Assembly (NCBI RefSeq): GCF_004010195.1
Contig: NC_057757.1
Location: 7,083,402 to 7,147,401, forward strand
Reading direction: 5' to 3'
From: Chiloscyllium plagiosum
Lineage: Eukaryota
Length of the DNA: 64,000 nt
This document shows positions 51,062 through 61,907 of this stretch, piece after piece. Positions within the stretch are counted from its first letter, which is position 1. Every line of letters begins with the position of its first letter. A program made the translations under genes and the position numbers. The notes beneath the pieces are model-generated. The model did not search any database and was not told where the DNA came from. It was given only the letters and a program-made list of their open reading frames with translations.

Positions 51062-53760
51062 TTTTACATTCACTGGTGGGATGTGGGCATTGCTGGCTGG
51101 GCCCAGCATTTATTGCCCATCCCTAGGTCCTCCTTGAGAAGGTGGGGGTGAGCTGCTTTCTTGAACTGCTGCAGTCTGCCTACAGTGCCATTAGGGAAGG
51201 AATTCAAGGATTTTGACCCAGTGACACTGAAGGAACGGTGATATATTTCGAAGTCAGGTTGGGCAGTAGCTCAGAGGGGAGCTTGCAGGGGGTGGTATTC
51301 CCATGTATCTGCTGCCCTTGTCCTTCTAGATGGAAGTGGTCGTGGGTTTGGAAGCTGCTATCTGAGGATCTTTGGTGAATTCCTTCAGTGAATCTTTAGA
51401 TGGTACACACTGAGCATCAGTGGTGGAGGGAGTGGATAATTATAAATGTGGTGCAAATCAAGCAGAGCCTGCTTTGCCCTGGATGGTGTTACGTTTCTTG
51501 AGCATTGGAGCTGCCCCCATCCAGGCAAGTGGTGAGCATTGAACCTGCCTTGTGCCTTGTAGATGGTGGACAGGCTTTGAGGAGTCAGAAGGTGAGTTAC
51601 TCGTCAGTGTTCCTAGCCTCTGACCTGCTCTTGTAGCCACTGCATTTATATGACCTGGGCAATTTTCCACATTGTTGGGCAGATGCCACTGTTTAAACTG
51701 TATTGGAAGAGCTTGGCTAAGGAAGCAGCAAGTTCTGGAGCCCAAGTCTTCGGGACTATTGCTAGAATGTTGTCAGGACCCATAGCCTTTGCAATATCCA
51801 GCGCCTCCAAAATTTTCTTGAGTTGAATGGCTGAAGACTGGTATCTGTAATGCTGGGGGGCACTGAACGATGCTTCAGCTTTACCTTTTGCACTGATGTG
51901 CTGGGCTCTTCCATCATTGAGGATGTCGATATTTGTGGAGCCTCCTCCTCTAGTGAGCTGTTTAATTGTCCAGCACCATTCACGATTGGATGTGGAAGGA
52001 CTGCAGAGCTTAGATTGATCTGTTGGTTATGGATTCCTTAGCTCTGTCTATCACTTGCTTCTTATGCTGTTTTGGCAAGTAATCCTGTTTGGTGGCTTCA
52101 CCAGGTTGACACCTCATCTTCAGATATGTCTGGTACTGCTCCTGGCTGCACCCTCCTGCACTCTCCATTGAACCAAGGTTGATCCCCTGGCTTGATGGTA
52201 ATGGTTGAGTGGGGGATATGCCAGGCCATGAGTTTGCAAATTGTGTTGGAGTACAGTTCTGCTGCTGTTGATGTCCCACAGGGATGCCCAGTCTTGAGCT
52301 GCTAGATCAGTTCAAAGTCTGTCCCAATTAGCTTGGTGATACTGCCACACAACATGATGGAGGGTATTCTCAATGTGAAGGTGGGACTTGGTCTCCACAA
52401 GGACTGTGTAGTGGTCACTTTGACCGATACTGTCATGGACAGATGTTTCTGCAACCGACAGATTGGTAAGGATGAGGTCAAGTATGTTTTTTCCTCTTGT
52501 TCATTCCCTGCCCACCTGCCACAGACCCAGTCTCGCAGTGATGTCCTTTAGGACCTGACCAGCTTGGTCTGTGATACTGCTGCCGAGCCACTCTTGGTGT
52601 TGGACATTGAAATCCTCCATCCCCTGAGTACATTCTGTGCCCTTTTCATCCTCAGTGCATCCTCCTAGTATTGTTGGACATGGAAGAGTACTGATTCATC
52701 AGCCAAAGGAAGATGGTACATGGTAACGAACAGGAGGTTTCCTTGCCCATGTTCAACCTGAGGCCATGAGACCATGGGGTCTGGAGTCAATGTTGAGGAT
52801 TCCCAAGCAATTCCCTCCTGACTGTATCCCACTGTGCCACCATCTCTGCTGGGTCTGTCCTGCCAACAAGACAGGATATATCCAGAGGTGGTGTGGTGGT
52901 GTCTGGGACATTGACTGTAAGGTATGATTCCGTGAATATGACTATATCAGGCTGTTGCTTGACAAGTCTGTGAGACACTCTCCCAATATTGGCACTAGCC
53001 CCCACCTGTTAGCAAGGAGGACATTATGGGATCGACAGGGCTGTTTCTGCCGTTATTTTTTCCGGCGCCTAGGTCAGTGCGAGGTCGTCTGACCAGTTTC
53101 ATTTCTTTGCTGAACATTTGGGTGATTGATACAACTGAGTGGCTTGCTAGGCCATTTCAGAGAGCCGTTAATTGTCAACCACATTGGGCTGTGGGTCTGG
53201 AGTCATATGTAGGCCAGACCAGGTAAAGGATGGCAGTTTCTTTCCCTAAAGGACTTTAGTGAACTGGATGTGTTTTTCCTGACAATCAATTTATTGAATT
53301 AATAATTCCAAATATTTGTTTTTGAATTCAAATTCCACAATCTGCCATGGTGGGATTTGAACCTGGGTCGCCAGAATATTAGATGAATTTCTGGATTAAT
53401 CGTCTTTAGGGTGACATGGGTTAGCACTGCTGCCTCATGGCACCAGGGACACGTGTTTGATTCCAGCCTCGGGTGACTGTCTGTGTGGAGTTTGCACATT
53501 CTCCTTGTGTCTTTGTGGGTTTCCTCCAGGTGCTCCAGTTTCCTCCCACGATCCATAGATGTGCAGGTTAGGGTGGACGGGCTATGCTAAATTACCCATA
53601 GGGTTGTGCAGGCTCGGTGGGTAAACCTTGTGAAAATGCAGGATAGGGTTATGGGGCCTGGATGGGAGGGTCAGTGTGGACCAGTTGGGCCAAATGGTCT
53701 CTTTCCACACTGTAGGGATTCTATGATCTAGTGATAATGCCACTAGACCATTGCCTCCCC
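51062..53760 (-). mobile_element. Decayed CR1-group LINE (APE plus RT remnants) with a tRNA-derived 5' head, interrupted by an HE1-like SINE
   Basis: Minus-strand head gggaggcaatggtctagtgg...ccaggttcaaatccc (A and B boxes); coding remnants RLVKQQPDIVIFTESYL and AVATRAGQRLG..SPLAWMGAAP; tail gggcaataaatgctggg..cccacatccc. Confidence 0.75.
53409..53728 (+). mobile_element. HE1-type V-SINE inserted in the tRNA-like head of the minus-strand LINE
   Basis: SINE motifs; host head sequence resumes at 53729 (ctagtgataatgccactag). Confidence 0.85.
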
Positions 53761-53910
53761 ATAACTGATTGGACACTGGTATCTGTTTGACTGCATGGTG
53801 GGTATCGATGTGGTGATTTGACTAGTTGACTGGATGTTGGGATTGGCTTGTTTCCATATTCTATTGCAGTGTGATGAATTGACCACCCAACCTCTGTCTC
53901 CTGTTTTTAG

Positions 53911-54075
53911 ATTATATCCGTGCTTCCCAGGCCTTGATGATCATTTCCATCTTGTTGGGATTTTTTGCTGGAATTACCAGTTTGTTTGGACTGAAATGCA
54001 CACTACTGGGTAACACGGAACCCACTGTGAAGGCAAAGGTGGCTACTGCTGGAGGGGTCCTGTTTATTATAGCCG
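53911..54075 (+). CDS. CLDN15: Claudin-15 exon 2 (TM2, intracellular loop, start of TM3)
   Basis: Acceptor ctcctgtttttag|, donor G|gtgagt; 165 nt, phase 1 to 1. In frame gives (D)YIRASQALMIISILLGFFAGITSLFGLKCTLLGNTEPTVKAKVATAGGVLFIIA. Confidence 0.95.
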
Positions 54076-55157
54076 GTGAGTGGGTGGGGAGCTGAGTCCC
54101 AGTGCACTGTGTAAGGGGGAGTGGGAAGGTGTGTATGTGTGTGTCTGTGTATGTGTGTCTACATGTGTCTGTAAGTGTGTGTGAGTTTGTGTGTGTGGTC
54201 AGTTGGGGTAGGAGCTGGATGGTAGGGGNNNNNNNNNNNNNNNNNNNNNNNNNNNNNNNNNNNNNNNNNNNNNNNNNNNNNNNNNNNNNNNNNNNNNNNN
54301 NNNNNNNNNNNNNNNNNNNNNNNNNNNNNNNNNNNNNNNNNNNNNNNNNNNNNNNNNNNNNNNNNNNNNNNNNNNNNNNNNNNNNNNNNNNNNNNNNNNN
54401 NNNNNNNNNNNNNNNNNNNNNNNNNNNNNNNNNNNNNNNNNNNNNNNNNNNNNNNNNNNNNNNNNNNNNNNNNNNNNNNNNNNNNNNNNNNNNNNNNNNN
54501 NNNNNNNNNNNNNNNNNNNNNNNNNNNNNNNNNNNNNNNNNNNNNNNNNNNNNNNNNNNNNNNNNNNNNNNNNNNNNNNNNNNNNNNNNNNNNNNNNNNN
54601 NNNNNNNNNNNNNNNNNNNNNNNNNNNNNNNNNNNNNNNNNNNNNNNNNNNNNNNNNNNNNNNNNNNNNNNNNNNNNNNNNNNNNNNNNNNNNNNNNNNN
54701 NNNNNNNNNNNNNNNNNNNNNNNNNNNNNNNNNNNNNNNNNNNNNNNNNNNNNNNNNNNNNNNNNNNNNNNNNNNNNNNNNNNNNNNNNNNNNNNNNNNN
54801 NNNNNNNNNNNNNNNNNNNNNNNNNNNNNNNNNNNNNNNNNNNNNNNNNNNNNNNNNNNNNNNNNNNNNNNNNNNNNNNNNNNNNNNNNNNNNNNNAGGC
54901 GTGAGTGGGGGAAGGTGTGAGTTGGGAATGTCTGAGTGGGAGGTGGGAATTAGGTCTGATTTTGAAGGATGTGAATTGGGGGAGATGGGAAATGAGAGTG
55001 TAGGTCCTGGGAGTGAGTTTCATGGGGGAGGGAAGGGGGTGTTGTTAGTGATTAGTGCTGTGAACTCTGCTCATTCTGCTTTCCTCAGTGTTTAATAATA
55101 CTGTAATTCTGAGGCTGTGAATAACAGTGGTGGGTTTGAGGATGCATAGACTGAGGA

Positions 55158-55800
55158 TGGTGTATTTGGCATTGGTGCATTTGGTGTTGGTGCATTTGGC
55201 ATTGGTGTGTTTGGTGTTGGTGTGTTTGACATTGGTGCATTTGACGTGGTGTGTTTGGCAATGGTGTGTTTGGCATTTGACATTGGTGCATTTGATGTTG
55301 ATGCATTTGACATTGGTGTATTTGGCATTGGTGCGTTTGACAGTACGTTTGAGGTTGGTGCATTTGACATTGGTGTGTTTGGCGTTGTGTATTTGACAGT
55401 ATGTTTGGAATTGGTGTGTTTGGCATTGGTGCATTTGGCATTGGTATGTTTGGTGTTGGTGCATTTGGCATTAGTGTGTTTTGCATTGGTAAGTTTGACA
55501 TTGGTGCATTTGGTATTGGTGTGTTTGGCATTGATGTATTTGGCATTTGACATTGGTATGTTTGATGTTGGTGTATTTGGTGTTGGTACGTTTGACAGTG
55601 TGTTTCATGTTGGTGCATTTGACGTTGGTGTGTTTGACATTGGTGCATTTGGCATTGGTGCATTTGGTGTTGGTCTGTTTGGCACTGATGCATTTGGCAT
55701 TGGTGTGTTTGGCATTGGCACATTTGATGTTGGTGTGTTTGGTGTTGGTGCATTTGGCATTGGTGTGTTTGGCATTAGTGTTATAAACATTAGCATGTTT
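55158..55800. repeat. 15-bp TG-rich tandem repeat (ttggtgtgtttggca)n abutting the exon 3 acceptor
   Basis: Tandem units; source of the low-complexity ORFs at 55045-56027. Confidence 0.92.
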
Positions 55801-55824
55801 GATGGTGATATTTTTCTTCCGCAG

Positions 55825-55906
55825 CCCTGTGTGCAATGGTCCCAGTTTCCTGGTACGCCTTCAATGTCACTGTGCAGTTTTATGATCTGACCTACCTCGG
55901 AACCAA
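55825..55906 (+). CDS. CLDN15: Claudin-15 exon 3 (TM3 and extracellular loop 2)
   Basis: Acceptor tttttcttccgcag|, donor AA|gtaagt; 82 nt. Gives (A)LCAMVPVSWYAFNVTVQFYDLTYLGT(K), compared with CLDN15 [27 protein letters not shown]. Confidence 0.95.
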
Positions 55907-56554
55907 GTAAGTGACTGCCACGTGGTGAGCTGGCATTCCTCAGGCAGGTGACAGTTTGGGTCACCATCCAACATTCAAACCTGACTCCTTTGCACAGGAA
56001 CATGCCCACATTGAAGGGAGAGAGCAAAACTATCCTTGAGAAAAGGGTGGGTGCCAGTATTGGGACGCACTGTCTCAGTGCAGTATTCCCTCAGTGTTGT
56101 GTCTCTGAGTGGGTAACCCCCTCACTGCTGGCTCTCTCACCCTGGGTTTAAGGTCCCCGAGTGAGATGTGAACCCCCAGTGCAGCGACTCCGAATTGATG
56201 CATATTTTGGATGCCGCAACCAGAGATGTGACTCCCCCGAGGGTCGAGGTTGGGCAGATTCAGCATCCGGGATGACCGAGTGAATACATGACCTGGATTT
56301 AGGCCTTCCATCCCTCCCGATTCATCAATCCGTGTGGATCAGGAGCGGAAGTAGAGTCATAGAGATGTACAGCATGGAGACAGACCCTTCGGTCCAATTT
56401 GTCCATGCCAACCAGACATCCCAATCTGACCTTGTCCAATTGCCAACGCTTAGCCCATATCCCTCTAAACCTTTCCTATTCATATACCCATCCAGATGCC
56501 TTTTAAATGCTGTAATTGTACCAGCTTCCACCACTTCCTCTGGCAGTTAATTCA

Positions 56555-59105
56555 ATAGACAATAGACAATAGGTGCAGGAGTAGGCCATTCTGCCCTTCG
56601 AGCCTGCATCACCATTCAATATGATCATGGCTGATCATCCTTAATCAGTATCCTGTTCCTGCCTTATCTCCATAACCCTTGATTCCACTATCCTTGAGAG
56701 CTCTATCCAACTCTTTCTTTCATGAATCCAGAGACGGCCTCCACTGCCCTCTGGGGCAGGGCATTCCACACAGCCACCACTCTCTGGGTGAAGAAGTTTC
56801 TCCTCATCTCTGTCCTAAATGGTCTACCCCGTATTTTTAAGCTGTGTCCTCTGTTTCGGCACTCACCCCGCAGCGGAAACATGTTGCCTGCCGCCAGAGT
56901 GTCCAATCCTTTGATCATCTTATATGTCTCAACCAGATCCCCTCTCAGTCTTCTAAACTCAAGGGTACACAAGCCCAGTCGCTCCAGTCTTTCAGTGTAA
57001 GGTAATCCCGCCATTCCAGGAATTGACCTCGTCCAGGTGTGGTCTCACCAGGGCCCTGTACAGCTGCAGAAGGACCTCTTTGCTTCTATACTCAATCCCT
57101 CTTGTTATGAAGGCCAGCATGCTATTAGCCTTCTTCACTACCTGCTGTACCTGCATGCTTACCTTCATTGAGTGGTGTACAAGAACCCCCAGATCTCTCT
57201 GTACTGCCCCTTTACCTAAATTGATTCCACTTAGGTGGTAATCTGCCTTCCTGTTCTTGCCACCAAAGTGGATAAGGATCCATTTATCCACGTGAAAGTG
57301 CATCTGCCATGCATCTGAGCACTCACCTAACTTGTCCAGGTCACCCTGTAATCTCCTAACATCCTCATCACATTTCACCCTGCCACCCAGCTGATGAAAT
57401 TTGCGAATGTTATTGCGAATACCATCTTGTATATCCTGAAGATAGATTGTAAAAAGCTGCGGTCCCAGTACTGATCCGTGCGGTACCCCACTGGCCAGTG
57501 CCCGGCATTCCGAAATGGAGGGGTGGAGGAGTGTGGAAGGATGAGAGAATGCAGGCTGCGGCCCTATGAAGCAGGGGGAGGGCTTGCAGTTGGCCTGTGT
57601 GGGGATGTGGGAGACTACAGGAGCCTGGTGGGCAAGGGCTAGCTGAAAGGCAGCTGGAGGGACGGAGGGAGGGAAGCACGCACGGAGGAGGAAGAGCAAA
57701 GAGAAAAGAGAAAAAAAAGCCAAAGGGGATAAAGAGAAAGAGCAAGAAAGAAAATGTGGCTGGCCAGCACGCCTTGAAGTAGGCAGAAAAGGCAGGGGCC
57801 AGCGCCTACGGCCATACTAGTCTGAAAACGCCCGATCTCGTCTGATCTCGGAAGCTAAGCAGACTCAGGCCTGGTTAGTACTTGGACGGGAGACCGCCTG
57901 GGAATACCAGGTGCAGTAGGCTTTTTCCGCCAGCAGTGGCTGCTCAAGTCACCCCTCTGCACTTGTCTTGTGCCAGGCAATGGAGCGGCAGGTTATTTCT
58001 GCNNNNNNNNNNNNNNNNNNNNNNNNNNNNNNNNNNNNNNNNNNNNNNNNNNNNNNNNNNNNNNNNNNNNNNNNNNNNNNNNNNNNNNNNNNNNNNNNNN
58101 NNNNNNNNNNNNNNNNNNNNNNNNNNNNNNNNNNNNNNGGGGACTTATCAGCCTTCAGACCTAACAGTCTCTCCAACACCAATTCCTGGCAAATATAAAT
58201 TCCCTTCAGTTCAGGTCCTTCAGCCACTGTTACCTCAGGGAGATTGCTTGTGTCTTCCCCAGTGAACACAGATCTGAAGTACCAATTCATTCTTCTGCCA
58301 TTTCTTTGTTCCCCGTAATATATTCCCTTGTTTCTGTCTTCAAGGGCCCAATTTTAGTCTTAACCATTTTTTTTGCCTTTCACATACCTAAAAAAGTTTT
58401 TACTATCCTCCTTTATATTATTGGCCAGTTTACTTTCGTACCTCATTTTTTCTCTGCGTATTTCCTTCTTAGTAATCCTCTGTTGTTCTTTAAAAGCTTC
58501 CCAGTCCTCTGTTTTCCCACTTATCTTTGCTATATTATACTTTTTCTCTTTTAACTTTATATGTTTCTTAACTTCCCATGTCAGCCACGGCCACCCATAC
58601 TTCCTCCTAGGATCTTTCTTCCTTTTTGGAATGAACCGATCCTGCAACTTCTGCATTGTACACAGAAATATCCGCCATTGTTCCTCCACTGTCCTCCCTG
58701 CTAAGGTATTGCACTATTGAAATTTAGCCAGCTCCTCCCTCATAGCTCGATAGTTCCCTTTATTCAACAGGAATATTGTCACTTCTGATTGTACCCGCTC
58801 CCTCTCAAATTGCAGATTGAAGCTTATTGTATTATGGTCACTACTTCCCAATGGCTTCTTCACTTCGAGGTCACTGACCAATTCTGGTTCGTTGCACAAT
58901 ACCAAATCCAGAATTGCCTTCTCCCTTGTCGTCTCCAGCACCAGCTGTTCTAAGAATCCATCTCTGAGGCACCCCACAAAGTCTCTTTCTTGAGGTCCAA
59001 AACCATCCTGATTCTCCCAGTCTACCTGCATGTTGAAATCCCTCATAACAACTGTAGCAACATCTCTGTGACAGGCCAATTTCAGCTCCTGATTCAACAT
59101 TACAT
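56555..59105 (-). mobile_element. CR1 LINE (RT and 3' end at 56555-57510; endonuclease/linker at 58139-59105) interrupted by the 5S unit and a gap
   Basis: ASGVPHGSVLGPQLFTIY and LQLYRALVRPHL; after the gap ILDLVLCNEP..LGSSDHNTISF. Confidence 0.85.
57804..57923 (+). rRNA. 5S rRNA gene, full length, followed by a Pol III T-run terminator
   Basis: GCCTACGGCCATACTAGTCTGAAAACGCCCGATCTCGTCTGATCTCGGAAGCTAAGCAG...TTAGTACTTGGACGGGAGACCGCCTGGGAATACCAGGTGCAGTAGGCTT. Box A, intermediate element and box C are present; TTTTT at 57922-57926. Confidence 0.95.
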
Positions 59106-59533
59106 CATTCCATCCATGCACCACCCTCTGCGTGAAAACGTTACATAGAACAGTACAGCATAGTACAGGCCCTTGGCCCTCCATGTTGTGCCGGCCTTTT
59201 ATCCTACTCTAAGATCAAACTAACCTACATACCCTTCATTGTACTATCTTCTGTGTGCCTACCCAAGAGTTGTGTAAATGTCCCTAATGTATCTGACTCT
59301 ACTACCACCGCTGGCAGTATATTCCACACACTCACCACACTCTGTTGCCTCTTCAGTCCTTTCTAAATCTATCCCCCTCACTGTAAACCTATGGCCTCTA
59401 GTTCTTGTATATTTACCCTATCAATGGTCCGCCCAGGATTTTATAAACCTCTATAAGGTCACCCCTTAGCCCTCGACACCCCTGACACTTCAGAATATGG
59501 ATCAAATATTCAAGTTTAGACAAAGAGAAGAAT

Positions 59534-59872
59534 GGGTGACATGGTGGCTCAATGGTTAGCGCTGCTGCCTCATAGCACCAGGGACCCAGGTTTGATTCCA
59601 GATTTGGGCAGCCATCTGTGTGGAGTTTGCACATTCTCCTCGTGTCTGCGTGGATTTCCTCCGGGTGCTCCAGTTTCCTCCCACAATCCAAAGATGTGCA
59701 GGTGAGGTGAATTGGCCATGCTAAATTGTCCCATAGTGTTCAGGGATGTGTAGGTCAAGTGTATTAGTTGGTGGTAAATGGTAGGGGAATGGGTCTGGTG
59801 GGATACTCCTTGGAGGGTCGGTGTGGACTTGTTGGCCAATTGGCCTGCTTCCACACTGTTGGGATTCTATGA
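59534..59872 (+). mobile_element. HE1-type V-SINE
   Basis: Head, V-domain and tail. Confidence 0.88.
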
Positions 59873-59949
59873 TCTTGGTCTTTCATCCCTGCTTTATCCA
59901 AACTCTCTGTTCCGCCCATCCCTCCACTTTGGCTTTTCCCCACTCTGTT

Positions 59950-60660
59950 CATAGAGTCATAGAGATGTACAACATGGAAACAGACCCTTCGGTCTAACCC
60001 GTCCATGCCGACCAGATATCCCAACCCAATCTATTCCCACCTGCCAGCACCCGGCCCATATCCCTCCAAACCCTTCCTATTCATATACTCATCCAAATGC
60101 CTTTTAAATGTTGCAATTGTACCTGCCCCCATCACATCCTCTGGCAGCTCATTTCATATACGTACCACCCTCTGTGTGAAAACGTTGCCCCTAAAGTCTC
60201 TTTTATATCTTTCTCCTCTCACCCGAAACCTATGCCCTCTAGTTCTGGACTCTCCGATCCCAGGGAAAAGACTTTGTCTATTTATCCTATCCATGCCCCT
60301 CATCATTTTGTAAACTTCCATAAGGTCACCCCTCAGCCTCTGACGCTCCAGGGAAAACAGCCCCAGCCTGGTCAGCCTCTCCCTATAGCTCAAATCCTCC
60401 AACCCTGGCAACATCCTTGTAAATTTTTTCTGAACCTTTTCAAGTTTCACAACATCTTTCCGATAGGAAGGAGACCAGAATTGCATGCAATATTCCAACA
60501 GTGGCCGAACCAATGTCCTGTACAGTCGCAACATGACCTCCCAACTCCTGTACTCAATATCTGATCAATAAAGGAAAGCATACCAAACGCCTTCTTCACT
60601 AACCTATCTACCTGCGACTCCACTTTCAAGGAGCTATGAACCTGCACTCCAAGGTCTCTT
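59950..60660 (-). mobile_element. CR1/HER1-type LINE 3' fragment
   Basis: ORF 60154-60534; near-identical family to 5345-6100. Confidence 0.92.
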
Positions 60661-61072
60661 CCATCTTGCAACTTTGTCTATTTGCCTTTACCTCCTCCCC
60701 TGCCCAATTTGTCCACCTCCCTGTTTGCTTTGTCTATCTGCCCACCTGCCCTCCCCCTTTGTTACAAAGATGAGTGGAAACACTTCCACCCTGTCACAAA
60801 ACCCTGCACTAAAAGTTGCAAGTTGGCAATACTATTGACCTACCCAGGGAGCAGAAAACAAATCCATTGGTTAGTGTTGGAAAAGGAGAAATTGCGGAAA
60901 GTTTTTGATGCCCCCTACCAACCACTAGCAATAGTCCTGTGTTTAGTGAGTCAGTCTGGAGGAGTGTGGTTGGGGGGGGGATGTTCCTTTGGCAAAGGTT
61001 TGGAGAGTGAGGGGGTGCTTAAGGTCTACAGTTGTCAATACCCACCGTTGTCTCCCCCCTGTCTAATACGAG

Positions 61073-61180
61073 GTACGAACTGGGACCGGGCCTCTACATT
61101 GGCTGGGCGGGAGCATCTCTGGAGCTGATTGGTGGGATCTGCCTGTGCTGCTCGTGCCGAACGGCCAAGGATGTCAGAGG
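61073..61180 (+). CDS. CLDN15: Claudin-15 exon 4 (TM4 and palmitoylation-type cysteines)
   Basis: Gives (K)[35 protein letters not shown](G); donor GG|gtaagt. The in-frame acceptor is an uncommon gag|. Confidence 0.93.
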
Positions 61181-61792
61181 GTAAGTCTCAAAGCCCCTCC
61201 TGTTGTGGGAACGTGTTAACAGCACTGTGGCTGCCCCCACCCCAACCTTGTCATGGGTCCTACTGTATCCCCAGGGTGCTGACCTCTCCGGCCTGGGATT
61301 GGCACCATCCCTCACTCCTCCAACCCCTCCCCCTTCTCAATGGGGTGCCTGGATCTGCCCCTTTGTCCATTTGAACACCACCCCCTGGGCATTGCCTGGG
61401 GTACTGACTCCCTGGGCCCTCCTTCGCTGGGTACCGAACGTCTTCCCTCCTCGAACACACTGACTCTCTGCAGCCTGCCAACCCCAACATCTCCCCCCAC
61501 CCCTATCTGGGCACCGTGCAGTCCCTGCCCACTCAATATCGAACAATGAGCATCCGATGCTATTTCACAGAGATTGGAAAAAAAATCAACATTCTCCTCT
61601 TTGGAAACAGAGAATGCTCCCACACTACCACGCTGCTCCCCCTTGCCACCCCCTGCACCATCCCCTCCCTGCTGCTTCCTCCCTGGTTCCAGCCTGCCTC
61701 CCTACATGCCCAGACACGGGCTCAACATCTTGAGATCTCACGTTGACGAGTGAGATGGTGGATCCGTCACTCTCATGTGTTTTTTCTTGCAG

Positions 61793-61907
61793 TAGCTACA
61801 CGTACACATACAGGACGGCCAGATCCCCCCAGCCGGGAGAGGTGACCAAGAAGTGGAACTCGGAGCCGGATAATGCCAGCAACTACGGGAAGAACGCTTA
61901 CGTTTGA
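61793..61907 (+). CDS. CLDN15: Claudin-15 exon 5 (cytoplasmic tail with PDZ-binding YV)
   Basis: Acceptor ttttttcttgcag|; gives SYTYTYRTARSPQPGEVTKKWNSEPDNASNYGKNAYV*, with TGA at 61905-61907. C-terminus matches CLDN15 KYGRNAYV. Exon lengths 214+165+82+108+115 = 684 nt, in frame. Confidence 0.93.

Noticed and set aside
55045..56027. Gln/His/Cys-rich and other low-complexity ORFs on both strands
   Set aside because: Translations of the 15-bp intronic repeat; only 55825-55906 is a real exon.
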